NCBI GenBank assembly: GCA_963514005.1
Contig: OY740802.1
Location: forward strand, 27,590,001 to 27,654,000
DNA: 64,000 nt
Source of the DNA: Raja brachyura
Taxonomy: Eukaryota
Direction of reading: 5' to 3'
Shown here: positions 23,881-35,992 of the stretch, one piece after another
Position numbering within the stretch: position 1 is the first letter of the stretch
How the letters are laid out: each line of letters starts with the position of its first letter
Made by a program: the position numbers and the translations under genes
Notes under the pieces: generated by a model
The model's input: only the letters and a program-made list of their open reading frames with translations
Database searches by the model: none
Told to the model about the DNA's origin: nothing

Positions 23881-24888
23881 CCCAACGTACCCATTGCAAA
23901 AGCACTCGACAGAAGGTCAGAGTTCAGCACTAAACCCGCTGCCTCAAGTATTTATGTTTAAGAAGGAACTGCAGATGCTGGAAAATCGAAGGTAGACAAA
24001 AATGCTGGAGAAACTCAGCGGGTGAGGCAGCACATATGGAGCGAAGGAAATAATCAACGTTTCGGGCCGAAACCCTTCTTCAGACCAAAGATCCTATAGT
24101 GAGGAAGATAGTCCACTTGACGAAAAAGACGTAGTAGGGTCATGGGCAGAGTCATGGGTAATCTTCAGTCCCATTACCGTAACCGGCTTCCATCTCAGCA
24201 CCAAAGATCCCATAGCAAAGATACTAATGCGGAGGCGGAGACGGAAGCCGGTTACGGAAACATCTTTGTAAAAATCAAAGATCTTTGGTAAAAATCTTCT
24301 CATTTTCTTTCTGCCTCTCTGCCTCACAATAAAAAACAAAAAGATGCCAATATTCTTTCCACAGCATGTGGGGAGTCTGGCCGAGATCAGCACGGCTGGG
24401 ATGCCAGGGTAAAGTCAGGGCTGCCAACATTCGGTGAGAGAGTGGGAAATTGCAAGAGAGCATAGTGACGGGGGGGGGGGGGGGGGGGGGGGGAGGGGGG
24501 ACAGTGTGGGAGGGGGGCACACCACTCCCATGGTAGGGAGCTTTAGCATTTTTCAGCTTGAAATTGTGCAATCTGGTACATAATGTAGCGAGTCTTTTAA
24601 TGCAACATTTATGCTTTAAATTGGATTATGTATGAATAAGGTTAAGCTGAATTACGTTCCTAATTACATTCCACAGTAGAGCCAGGCTCTGATTAACAGG
24701 TGCACCACATGAATTACTATATTCATGTATGGAAATCAGATTATAATTCATGCTGTTATGCATATATATATACAGAAAAAAACAGAGAATCATAGCAAGA
24801 GTTGGACTTCCATCACTGTTCTGCACAAATAAATTAATCAACCTTACCCTTTGACTATAGAAACAAGACGAAAATAATGCCATATATT

Positions 24889-27800
24889 AGTAAGATCAAA
24901 TGAGAACTTACCAGTTTGAAATTTGATCTTTATTTTAGGACGCGTTACGATGAGGGATTATGTGAAGAACTTGCCAGCATGCATGCGCATCAATCTTCAA
25001 AGCAGCGGTGTGAAATCACAGATAACAGTTGTTGAACTGACGATAGTAAGATTCGAGAAACTAGAACTGCCAGCTGATCTTTATGAGAGAGGGTTGGGAG
25101 CGGAGGGCACGTAATCCCTCATCGTAACTCCTCATAAAATAAAGATCAAACTTCAAACTGGTAAATTCTCGTTTATTCTTACTATTTTACTTCAAAGCTC
25201 TGTGATTTCATGCTGTGGAAACGAGTCCATGCGTCACACACTGCATAAATTGACCAGGGTTGAGTGAAATTTAAGTATCCCAGCCCATCAGGAGGAATTA
25301 AAAAATAGAGCCTAAAAATAGTGTTGGCAAATACCCCCGGTCTGGCAATGGGTTGTTATAACACATTTGGAAATTCGTTTGTTTGACTGTCCTGCAGCCG
25401 CTAGGATGAGGTCCAGCAAAACATCCATAACCCTCGCTGCTGATGGAGTAGGATTTGAAAACATCAGTGTTCACTCCTGCACAAACCAGAACCCGTTAAA
25501 TCACCTGGGGATAGTCTATACTGATAGCTGTGTATGAGGTTTTGTAATTAACAAACATTGCTAGTTCAGAGCCTTTAAGGCTTTAGATGACATAATGACT
25601 GTATAGATGTGTGACCACACAGACAACCAAAGGTCCATGGGGTATGCCATGAAACTAGTTTGAGACCTGACGCCCCCGGTCTACTTTGCAAGGCTAAGTC
25701 GTGAACAAAAGTATCATATTATTTGCAGCTGTAACCATCCTGTCCAGTCATAGCTTATGCGACGACTGGACTCGTTGCACTGAACCCAGCGCCATGAGGA
25801 TAACTTTGTAAGTGATTTAGACCAAGGACAGGAATGTAGCTGGAGCCCACCGGCGACGCAGCGTCAGCAGGACATAACATCCCATATCTCCGAGTACCTG
25901 GGCCTGGGGGAATTTTGAGTTGAAGATACCCTTCATAAATCTGGATATCAGAGCAGGAAGTATGATGACAAGGCACTTTAGACACAATTTATATAGCACT
26001 AAAACTCGCAAAATACATCTCTCGTAAAATACAGCTTTGAGAGGAAACCCAAGACATCGGTTATATGCACCAACACGGTACAAGCGGGGCTGAAGGCAGA
26101 AATTCTGCCTATGCAGCACTGCGCATGCGCATCAGTCTATTGCGCATGCGCAGCGCAAGTTTCTTGGAGGGGTTTACAAATATGGTTTGTCGTGTACCAA
26201 TGATGTGGTAAGTACATTTCTTGGTGATGTTTTTAAATATCGTATTTTCCGGGGTGTGGGGGTGTGGGGGTGGGGGGAGAGCTCCTTTCCAAGCATTTGG
26301 GGAGTCTGGCACGGGGTAAAGTTGGGGGGAGGGCACAAATGTTATGAAGGAGGGGATTGGGATAATGCCACTTGCGACGCTCCTTGCATAGAGGCGTGGA
26401 ATGCCACCGCATTGAGGCCGGGGGGAAGGGGTGGGGTGGAGAGAGAAGTAGCTTTGGTGGCTGAGCGGCCGCCGGGCCGGACAGCGGAACCAGCCACCAA
26501 CTTAGCTCCTTCTGCCAGTCCCCACTCACCTCTGGCAGCTCTCCGTCTAAAAACCTCTCTCCTGCCGCTCGCTGGCCTCACTCATGTCCTTAAATTCCGA
26601 CAGCGCAATTGAGGTTACTCGGCTGTGGGAATTTAAGGATTTGCAGGAAGCCGCTGACATGAGCGAAGTCTGCGAATGGCAGGTGACAGGTGTTCCGACG
26701 GAGAGCAGTGCCAAAGGTGAGCGGGCCAGCAGAAGGCGCTGAAGTGGCGGCCAGTTCTGCTGTCGGGTCCCGGTGGCCGCTCGCAGCTACCCGAGCTGCT
26801 TATATCCCCAGCTACAGTGCGTGGCTTTGCGCCCGGAGAGCTGCAGTAGCAGTAAGTGAGTGAGTTACTGGCAGTATCTCTGACACCCTCCTTCTCAACA
26901 CTCGTGCCCTCACCACAACTTTACCCCTGGCACAGACTGTCCACACGCTTTGAAAGGAACTGTTCCCCCAATTGGTCCCTTGAACAAGTGTTGTCATTCA
27001 ATAAGATGTCAACTGATTCAACTATTCCCTGTACTCCCATTTTTCCCATCATCTCTCCATCTGCCATCACCCTTCATCCCTCCCCCCCCACATTCAGTAA
27101 TTCAGAATAAAGGAGACTAGGAAGCCTTGGGCAAATTGAATTGTCACTGTTTTTTTTTGTTCTTTTTAACGGAGAGAACAATCTGCGCATGCGCGGTTTA
27201 CTTTTTTTAAAGCCGACTGAGTGCCTACCCTGAGTAATCACTCACTGCACATGCCTGGTACCGTGTCATACGATATGTTGGACTGTAAACAGGACACTTA
27301 CATTTCTTGATATAGGAGATGTATTGTTTCTTGGTACTATCTCTTCAGGCCGCAGTGATTACATCCACCGTACAACCTGACAGTCCGTACCCCAGGAAAG
27401 GTCTTCTCATAGTCTACAACCCAACAATATTATTCGCTCATGCAGAGGATGGTTCTCCCCAGTCACAGGTAAACCAGCAGATTTCTGCATTTGGGAACAG
27501 CCATAAAAGGCTCTGTTATCATTTGCAGTATGAGTGGACCCAATGGCTGTGTAGGCCAGTCAGGCACAATCAAAGCCCGAGGCGGAATCTTGCTGGTTTT
27601 TGAGCAAGCACCGACTGATGAGGCAAAATGGAGGAAAGACATAACGAACATTCCTCCCCAGTGTAGCGAGAATGCATCCATCGCCACTGCCCCTGTGAAT
27701 GGCCGCCATGCCAGATATTTTTGCAAGATTATTTTGGTGTTCCATCAATCCACAATGTCATTAAATACTTTGTGATCCAACATCCATTCTGTGTTGTCAT

Positions 27801-28330
27801 TGATTTACTTGTGGATACACCAGCGCCAAATGAAGTTAGGTAAACTATCACTGGATATTGACTTGATTGAACCCATGGGATTAATATATGCCACCACCGT
27901 AGTGTGTTAACTTGTAGGAGAGCATGCAGATATGCATATTCGCACAATAACCTTTAACCCATAGAATGCACCTAGTGATTTTAGGTAGTTGATACCAAAT
28001 AACTGAGGGATTAGGAACTCATGCACATCCGATCCGCATCTGTGACTAGAGATGGAATAGTAATTTCCCATCTTTGAGCACTAGCATCAGTTTATAACAT
28101 AACTGAAGGTTAAATGACCAAAGTACTGGAGCAATGCTGAATACTGTTTGTCCATCATTTGACTTATAACTTTCAGAATGATGGCAGTCAACTAACAATC
28201 AACTAACAAATTAAAGCAAACTAAAAAAAGCATGTTTCCTTTCCTGACTGTACCTTATAAGTACTTTAACGCTGTTCACAGAGCAAAGGGATATTAATCT
28301 CAAGAATCAAAATGGGGAAAGTGGGGGCAA
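24889..28330 (-). mobile_element. Degenerate DIRS1-like tyrosine-recombinase retrotransposon (RNase H, methyltransferase-like and YR remnants; complementary terminal region), interrupted at 26088-27257
   Basis: Minus-strand fragments: TDAS, GINYLKSLGAFYGLK and VVAYIN (RNase H); DAFSLHW..FPPFCLISRCL..LIVPDWPTQP (MT-like); LISRFMKGIFN and AGVNTDVFKSYS..LILAAAG.S (YR). Inverted repeat at 24889-24964 / 25108-25184. The 5' boundary is approximate. Confidence 0.85.
26088..27257. mobile_element. Truncated copy of the hAT-like element at 29343-30761, in opposite orientation, inserted in the DIRS
   Basis: Reverse-complement similarity to 29343-30525, including the internal palindrome and one terminus (gcacatgcctg). 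Confidence 0.8.
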
Positions 28331-29342
28331 TTTTGCTTAAATGGTAATTCTAAGCCCATTCAGATCTGCAAAGAGTCAGAATTATACAACATGTACAGGG
28401 CTGGCCCAATTTGTCCATACTGATCAAGTTGGCATTCTGCGTGCCCAGGGACTGGCTGCAGTTCCCAGATCAGCTCGCGTCCCAGGGACTGGCTGCAGTT
28501 TCCAGGTCGGCTCGCCTGCCCCAACCCCGCGAAAATGAATTGGAAAAAAATCCGGGTTTTTCGGGTGTACGGATGGTTGGCCTCATTGTGGTCTCCCCCA
28601 AATGTTTTACAACTGATTAACCTGGTTAGTTCCATCTCTGGCTGTTGTCGGCGGCTGCACATCCGACCAAGAGAGAAGAGAAGAAACACGACGTCACTCA
28701 CAGCCGTCAACCAATATGCTTCCCCAGACCGCACAGATCGCTGTCATGTGGTGCATTGAGACAATGCACCACATGACAAACTGTGCAGAGACTGAAGATA
28801 GCGTGAGAATTCTGTCATCAGCGTGAGAATTGGCTGAAATGCGTGACTCTCACACTCAAAGGCTGAGGGTTGGCAGCCCTGTCTAAGGCCGGATGTGACA
28901 ACACACACACAGGGAGTCACATACTCAAAGGAACAGCTCAACAGACCCGGGCCAGACACTGACCACGGACGAGCAGGATGTCTCTCACTCACCAAAGCAT
29001 TATAAAGCAATAAAAACGACAAAATAATCTTAGCTTTTAACAAAAGAACAATAAATACAAGTACTTCATTGTTTGAAAGCAATATTTTCTTACCTAGAAG
29101 AATCAAAGCTGGAAAAAACAGAGGAAATGAAGGTTCACTGCTTCACTGGGCTGTTTATGCATAATGACCTATGACCTGGACATGCGCACTTGGTGGATCA
29201 TGACAACTTGTAAACAGAGGAAAATGGACCCAAACACAATGGAGCAATGTTTCCATTGAGCATAGATACAGTAGGCACAAAGTGCTGGAGTAACCCAGCA
29301 GCTCAGGCAGCATCTCTGATGAAAACGATCGTTGACCTGTTG

Positions 29343-30761
29343 CAGGCACGTGCCGTGAGTAATTACTTAGGGTAGGCAGTCAGTCGGCTTTAAAAAAAAA
29401 TCTTAAACCACGCATGCGCAGATTGTTCTCCTCTCCGTAAAAATAAAACATAAAAATAAAGAAAGTAACAAATCAATTTGCCTAAGGCTTCCAAATCTCC
29501 TTCATTCTGAATTACTGAATGGGTGGGGGGTGGAGGGTGACGGCAGGTGGACAGATGGTTGGAAAAACGGGAGCACACCGGAACAAGTTGAATCAGTTGT
29601 GATCTTATTGAATGACAATAATGAATGAATGAATGAATATGTTTTTACTAATACTAATTCAAGGGACCAATTGGGGGGAGAGCTCCTTTCACAGCGTGGA
29701 GAGTCTGGCCAGGGGTAAAGTTGTGGGGAGGGAGGAACATTGAGAAGGAGGGGGTCGGGGATCATACTAGTAACCCACTCACTCAACGCTGGCGCGGAGC
29801 CAGCGCATTGCGGACAGGGAGGGAAGCAGCTCATGTGGCTGCGAGCGGCCGTCGGGACCGGACAGCAGAACTGGCCGCCACATCAGCGCCTTCTGCCGGC
29901 CCGCTCACCTCTGCCAGTGCTCTCTGTCTGAACATGTCTCACCTGCCGCTCGCCGGCTTCACTCATGTCAGCCGCTGCCCGCAAATCCTTAAATTCCCAC
30001 AGCCTAGTAACCTCAGTTGGTCCCTTGATCGCGCTGTCGGAATTTAAGGATTTGCGGAAAGCGGCTGACATGAGTGAGGCCGGCGAGCGGCAGGAGAGAG
30101 ATTTTCAGCCGGAGAGCACTGCCAGAGGTGAGCGGGGGCCAGCAGAACGTGCTGTCCATGCCCGGCGGCCGCTCGCAGCCACCTGAGCTACTTCTCACCC
30201 GGCCACATGAGCCCCGACCCTCTCCTTCTCAACACTCCTGCCCTCCCCGCAACGTTACCCCGGGCCACTCCCCACAGGCTGTGAAAAGAACTCTTTCTCC
30301 CACCCCCCCCCCCCCCCCATACCCCACCACGGGAAATACGGTATTTAAAAACATATAGCACCAAGAAATGTACTTATCACATTATCGGTACACGAACTCC
30401 ATTCTTCTCTCTTTGTTTCCTAAGATGCTCTTAAGATAATGGCAATTCATGTTTGAAAAACCCGCCAAGAAACTTGCGCTGCGCATGCGCAGTACTGCAA
30501 AGGCAGAATTTCAGTTGCCTTCAGCTCTCCCTGTCATTGACGGCTTGAAGCCGCACCGACGGCACGTGAGCTGCACATACATTCGCATGTTACAAGTACT
30601 GCGGATGAAAGGCACGGAGAATTATGCCTACCTAAGAGATCGATCTCTTAGATAGGCATATTTCTCCCATGCCTTTACCATTTATATATAATAATTACCA
30701 TTTTATAATTTTAGTCAGGGTCGGCAGTGCCTACCTTGCCTACCCTGACAGCACCTGCCTG
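29343..30761. mobile_element. Non-autonomous hAT transposon with 8-bp TSD ACCTGTTG and a long internal palindrome
   Basis: Imperfect 17-bp TIRs (caggcacgtgccgtgag / ctgacagcacctgcctg); TSD at 29335-29342 and 30762-30769; it splits a Penelope-end fragment. Confidence 0.88.
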
Positions 30762-31706
30762 ACCTGTTGTGTCAGGAGTCTTCTTCAGAAACATTATATC
30801 CATCTTTGGTACATACCAGCATCTGCTTTTCTTTATTTCTACATATGGTTAGGTGACATTTTGGAACCTTTCAGACTCCCGACCCAAAACGTCACCTGTC
30901 CATGTCATAAATGACAAGAGCAGAATTAGGCCATTCGACCCACCCAGTCTACTCTGCCATTCAAACATGGCTCATCTACCTCTCCTTCCTAACACTATTC
31001 TCCCCATAACCCCTGACACCCATACTAATCATGAATCTATCTATCTCTGGTTTAACAAAATCCATTTCCTTGGCCTCAACAACCTTCTGTGGCAAAGAAT
31101 TCCACCCACCCGGATAAATGCCAATAAAAGTTAAGAAATTGCCAGTATAGTAAAGTAAAAACTGTCTCTACGAGTGGAAGTGAAGAAGAAAGCTGAATCT
31201 CTACGATTGAGATTAGAGCTTGGAATCCTGGAACAAAGAATCTGCCAGTCGCAGGCAAATCGACACGGTGAATCTGTGCCATCTGAAGAACGAAGACGCA
31301 AGACTTCGAAAGCCAATCACAGGGATTCACGAGTAAGAACGACGACATTGTCATATATAGAACAGTATTTTCATTAAAAGCTAAGAGCTTTAAAGTTTAG
31401 TGCTGAAGAAAACAATAGGAAAGCTGTTTATAGAAGGCTTAAAGATAAGCTACAAGCACCAGAACAGGTGGTGACCTTAAAAATCTCAAATGTAATGATG
31501 TTTTGAATTGCAAGCTTAGTTGTGCTGTTGTACAATTGTTTACCATAGAATTAATGATGTTTTGAAATATAGCACAGTTTCTTTTGAATTCCTGCTGATG
31601 TTTTGAAGAACATAAGGATACATTTAATCCAAGCAAGTATGTTTAAAGAACAGCCACAGGAGGGCGCAGAAGAGCCGGATTCGAGAAGATGGGGAAAAAG
31701 GACCAT

Positions 31707-31939
31707 TGTAGCGGCACCTGCTGGTGCCTTTTGGTAATCGAACCCTCCGAACGATTGGCTACCTCAGTCACGTGGGCGTGGGGAGGGTTTTTTTCGCGCG
31801 CGTTTGGGCAAACCCATTCATTTTGATCACCACCCTTGTGGTAGCAACATCGTTATTTAGCCGTCTATAGACGCTCGTTGTTTTTTGTTTAACTTTCGCA
31901 ATAAAGTTCTTTGAAAATCAACCTGCTAAATCTGCTAAA
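31707..31939 (+). mobile_element. Solo LTR (probably Gypsy-type) inserted in the BEL gag, 4-bp TSD CCAT
   Basis: Ends TGTAGC...GCTAAA (one mismatch from a perfect inverted end); AATAAA at 31899; CCAT at 31703-31706 and 31940-31943. Removing it restores GKRTIELSEKA. Confidence 0.7.
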
Positions 31940-32479
31940 CCATCGAACTTTCCGAAAAAGGCCAAACTATGTTCCTGGATAAATACCAGAAGGCAAGAAA
32001 CAAGTCATGGAAACAGGTTCGCAATCAATTGAAAACCAGAGGGAACTCATGAAATCAGATAAGAATGATAACAAAGTACAATCTAATCTGGATCAATTGA
32101 TGAACCTCTGTCATGAGGTCGGGGATAACCACAACTTAATACTGGGGTTACCACTGCATGAGAAGAACAAGAAAGGCAAAATTAGTAGTTTCAAGAGAAA
32201 ACTGAATTTTTCTATGGTATCGTAGAAAACGTGAAGTGGTTATCTGAAATTGGACCACAAACTACGTGCTCTACAGTGGGAAGAGCTATGCAACAAAGTG
32301 TTGTAACTACAGAAGAAATTAGACCTGAAGACAGGGTCTCAAATGTTCTGTAGCCAGTGCATCTTCAAGGGTCTCTGCTCATATGGAAGTTGGTAGATTT
32401 AGCTGTTCTCTCGCAACAAGCTGTCGCCTTGAAGAAAAAGCATGCGATTGAAGCACAGGATGAACACTTGAGACGAGAG

Positions 32480-32600
32480 GAGAAACAGATGAAGAGAAAG
32501 GAAGAACAGATGAAGAGAGAGGCTGAGGCACATGTGGAACAGATGAAGAGAAAGGCTGAGGCACGTAGAGAACAGATGAAGAGAGAGGCTGAGGAACGAA
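32480..32600 (+). repeat. 33-bp tandem repeat in the BEL gag coding EQMKREAEA-like units
   Basis: gaacagatgaagag occurs repeatedly at 33-bp spacing. Confidence 0.8.
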
Positions 32601-35600
32601 GGGGGCTGTTGAAAAGAGAGAAGGAACAGTGGAACTAGATACGAAGTTGGCAGTGGCCAGGACGAGGATGGATATATTTGAGGGCCAAGGTTCAAGATCA
32701 GCTCGAGAGTATCTCAGAAGAAGAGTTCCTTAGTCGAAGAAGGTGAGTATAGGTACGCAGAACACTGTTAACACTACTCCCTCTGTGCCCAATGAAGGAT
32801 TTCAACGTGAATTCTGTGACTTGATGAAGAACCAAAATGAAATTACTAAGCTCAACAAAATATCTCTTCTTCCTTGCCTCCAAGAGAAATTCCTGTTTTT
32901 GCCAGCGATCCTTTGCAGTATGAAGCTTTCGTTATAGCATTTGAGGGAGTGGAAAGAAAAACTACTAATGGGAAAGATTGCTTGCACTTTTTGGAGCAAA
33001 ACACAAGCGGATATTCAAAGCAACCTGTTCACAGTTACTGACATTTGCCTTCAGCTGTGGGCTATCAAAGGGAAAGAAATGCGCTTAAAGAGCATTTTGG
33101 TAACAAACACAAGATTGCTAATGCATACAAGAAAAAGGCCTTTGTTTGGTCAGTTATCAAGGCAGAGGATGTGAAGGCATTGCATGAGTTTTCGATGTTT
33201 CTTAGAGGATGTTGCAACGCAATGGAAAATCTCAACCATATGGAATAAATCAATGTTGCTGCTATTATGAAGACTACCCTTCTAAAATTGCCCTAAATGC
33301 TTAGAGTAAAGTGGAGGGATAGGGCAGGTCAGATATGGGAAAACCATAGCGGTGGAGCCAAGTTTCCTGACCTGGTGAATTTCATGAAGTACAAAGTTCT
33401 GTTTTGCGCAGAAAGCTTGATGAAAAGACTGAACATTACAGAACAAAAGACGAGGATTCTCCTGCGTGCCATAAATGAAGAGAAGTCTATATCTAGTCAT
33501 CATATCATAGGTTTGGAAATATCTAGTCTGGATAAAGACAATTTTATACAACTATCTGATGTGTTTACACATAAGACCATGCCTATTTCTCATCTAAACA
33601 TACCCAAGCAGGAAGACATGAGACAATGGCCTTACTTGAAGAATATCAAGATTCCTAAAATAGAATCTGACATCAACCTACTCATCGGAAGAAATGCTTC
33701 GAAGGTATTGGAGCCTAGAGAGTTGGTTAACAGTCAAGGGGACGGACCATTTGCTGCGAGGACCCTACTCGGATGGGTTATTTATGGTCCCTTGAGAAGG
33801 AACAACAAAAGCAGGGATGAGAATAACTACCCTGCTGCTGCTGCTGTCAATCGAATATATACCGTAAATTTAGAGGAGATACTGATCAAGCAATACAATC
33901 ACGACTTCAATGTAAGAACCAGCAGGGAATCAGATGAGATGTGCGGAGAAGATGTAAAGTTCTTGGATATTATGAAACACTCAGTGAAGATGATAGATAG
34001 ACACTATTGTCTAGGCTTACCTTTCAAACAAGTGTTAGTCTGCCGAATAACCGTTGCATTGCTGAGCAGCGCATTCAGAACCTGAAACGCAGGTTTGGCA
34101 AGAATAAGAAATTTCATGATGAATATAAATCTTTCTCAAAAAAAAAGATTGACATTGATTATGCTGAAATGGTACCAGTGGACCAGCTGAATTGAAGTGA
34201 TGGAGAGCTCTGATACATCCCCCACCATGGGATGTATCACTCAAGGAAATGGACTTTGAGGGTGATCTTTAACCGTGGGGCAGTCTTCAAAGGAACATCA
34301 CTTAACTGTCAACTGCTGCAGGGTCCAGACCTTACCAACTCACTCATTCGAGTTCTCATCAGACAAGATTCAGACAAGAACCGGTTGCTTTGATGGCTGA
34401 TATTAAAGCAATCTTTCATCGTCAAAGTATCAGAAAAGCATATTGACTATCTGCTATTCCTGTGGTGGACTGAGGGTGATGCACAGCAAGATCTTGTTGA
34501 ATACTGGATGAAGGTACATTCCTTTGGAGCAGTGTCATCACCAAGTTGTGCAAACTTTGCATTAAGGAAGACTGCTGAGGAAAACAAAGCTCACTTTCCA
34601 GAAGAGGTGACAAATACAGTAAAAGACAACTTCTATGTGGATGATTGGTTAAAATCCATGTGTTCAGAACCAGAAAATTCAAATGGTAGCATACCTGACT
34701 TCCTTCTGCCAAAAGGGAGGATTCATGCTATCGAAGTGGATCAGCAACAGCCGTGCTGTATTGGAAACCATTCCACCAGATAACAGAGCCAAGGAGACCA
34801 GGGAATTGGATTTGGACAAAGACAATCTTCCTATGGAAAGAGCACTGGGATTGCATTGGTGTGTTGAAATAGATGTGTTCAAGTTCAGAATCTTGATTCA
34901 GGAGTGACCATATACTAGACTGGCCATCCTATCCATGGTTGGTTCTGTATACGACCCTTTGGGATTTCTTGCACCATTTACTCTGCCGGTCAAGTTGATT
35001 ATGCAAGAGCTCTGTAAGAAAAAACTTGGATGGGATGAGAGTATAACGCAAACCTTCTCTCAGCGATGGCAGAGTGGTTAGCAGATCTCGACAAGATATC
35101 AGAATTCAAAGTGGACCGTTGCATGAAGTCTGCAAACTTTGGCCAAATCAGATATGCACAACTGCACCACTTTTCAGACTCAAGTGAAAGTGGTTATGGT
35201 ACTGTTTCATATCTAATACTGGAAAATGATAACAAAGAAGTACATGTTGCATTTGTAATGGGAAAAGCCAGAGTGGCACCATTAAAGCAAATGACGATTC
35301 CCAGATTGGAGCTTACAGTGTTTGCTGTCCGAATTGAATGGAATTATAGCTTTAGCTGGAGAAATCCATCTTCTGGACTGATAGCACAATAGTGCTTAAG
35401 TACATTCAAAAATGAAAACAAACGCTTTCTGGGGTCTGAAGAAGGGTTTTGGGCCTATCTCCTTCGCTCCTTAGATGCTGCTGCACCCGCTGAGTTACTC
35501 CAGCCTTTTGTGTACCCTCGCTTTCAAACATTTGTAGCAAACAGAATCTCTTATGTAAGAGGTGCTACTAATGTATCACAGTGGAGATACGTTAACACAA

Positions 35601-35606
35601 AGGTAA

Positions 35607-35992
35607 ATATAGAAACATAGAAATTAGGTGCAGGAGTAGGCCATTCGGCCCTTCGAGCCTGCACCGCCATTCAATATGATCATGGCTGATCATCCAACTC
35701 AGTATCCCGTACCTGCCTTCTCTCCATACCCTCTGATCCCCTTAGCCACAAGGGCCACATCTAACTCCCTCTTAAATATAGCCAATGAACTGGCCTCAAC
35801 TACCCTCTGTGGCAGAGAGTTCCAGAGACCCACCACTCTCTGTGTGAAAAACGTCCTTCTCATCTCGGTCCTAAAGGATTTCCCCCTTATCCTTAAGCTG
35901 TGACCCCTTGTCCTGGACCACCCCAACATCGGGAACAATCTTCCTGCATCTAGCCTGTCCAACCCCTTAAGAATTTTGTAAATTTCTATAAG
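35607..35992 (-). mobile_element. CR1 3' fragment inserted in the BEL element
   Basis: LIEIYKILKGLDRLD...FFTQRVVGLWNSLPQ; atagaaac-type tail. Confidence 0.9.

Larger units (their letters stand above)
24416..28881. mobile_element. hAT-like non-autonomous element (13-bp TIR CAGGGCTGCCAAC) hosting the DIRS insertion
   Basis: cagggctgccaac at 24416 and gttggcagccctg ending at 28881; no clear TSD. Confidence 0.55.

Noticed and set aside
33297-34085. 262-aa ORF as a domesticated gene
   Set aside because: It is part of the decayed BEL gag-pol with an internal deletion (no protease catalytic motif seen), and neighbouring frames are full of stops.
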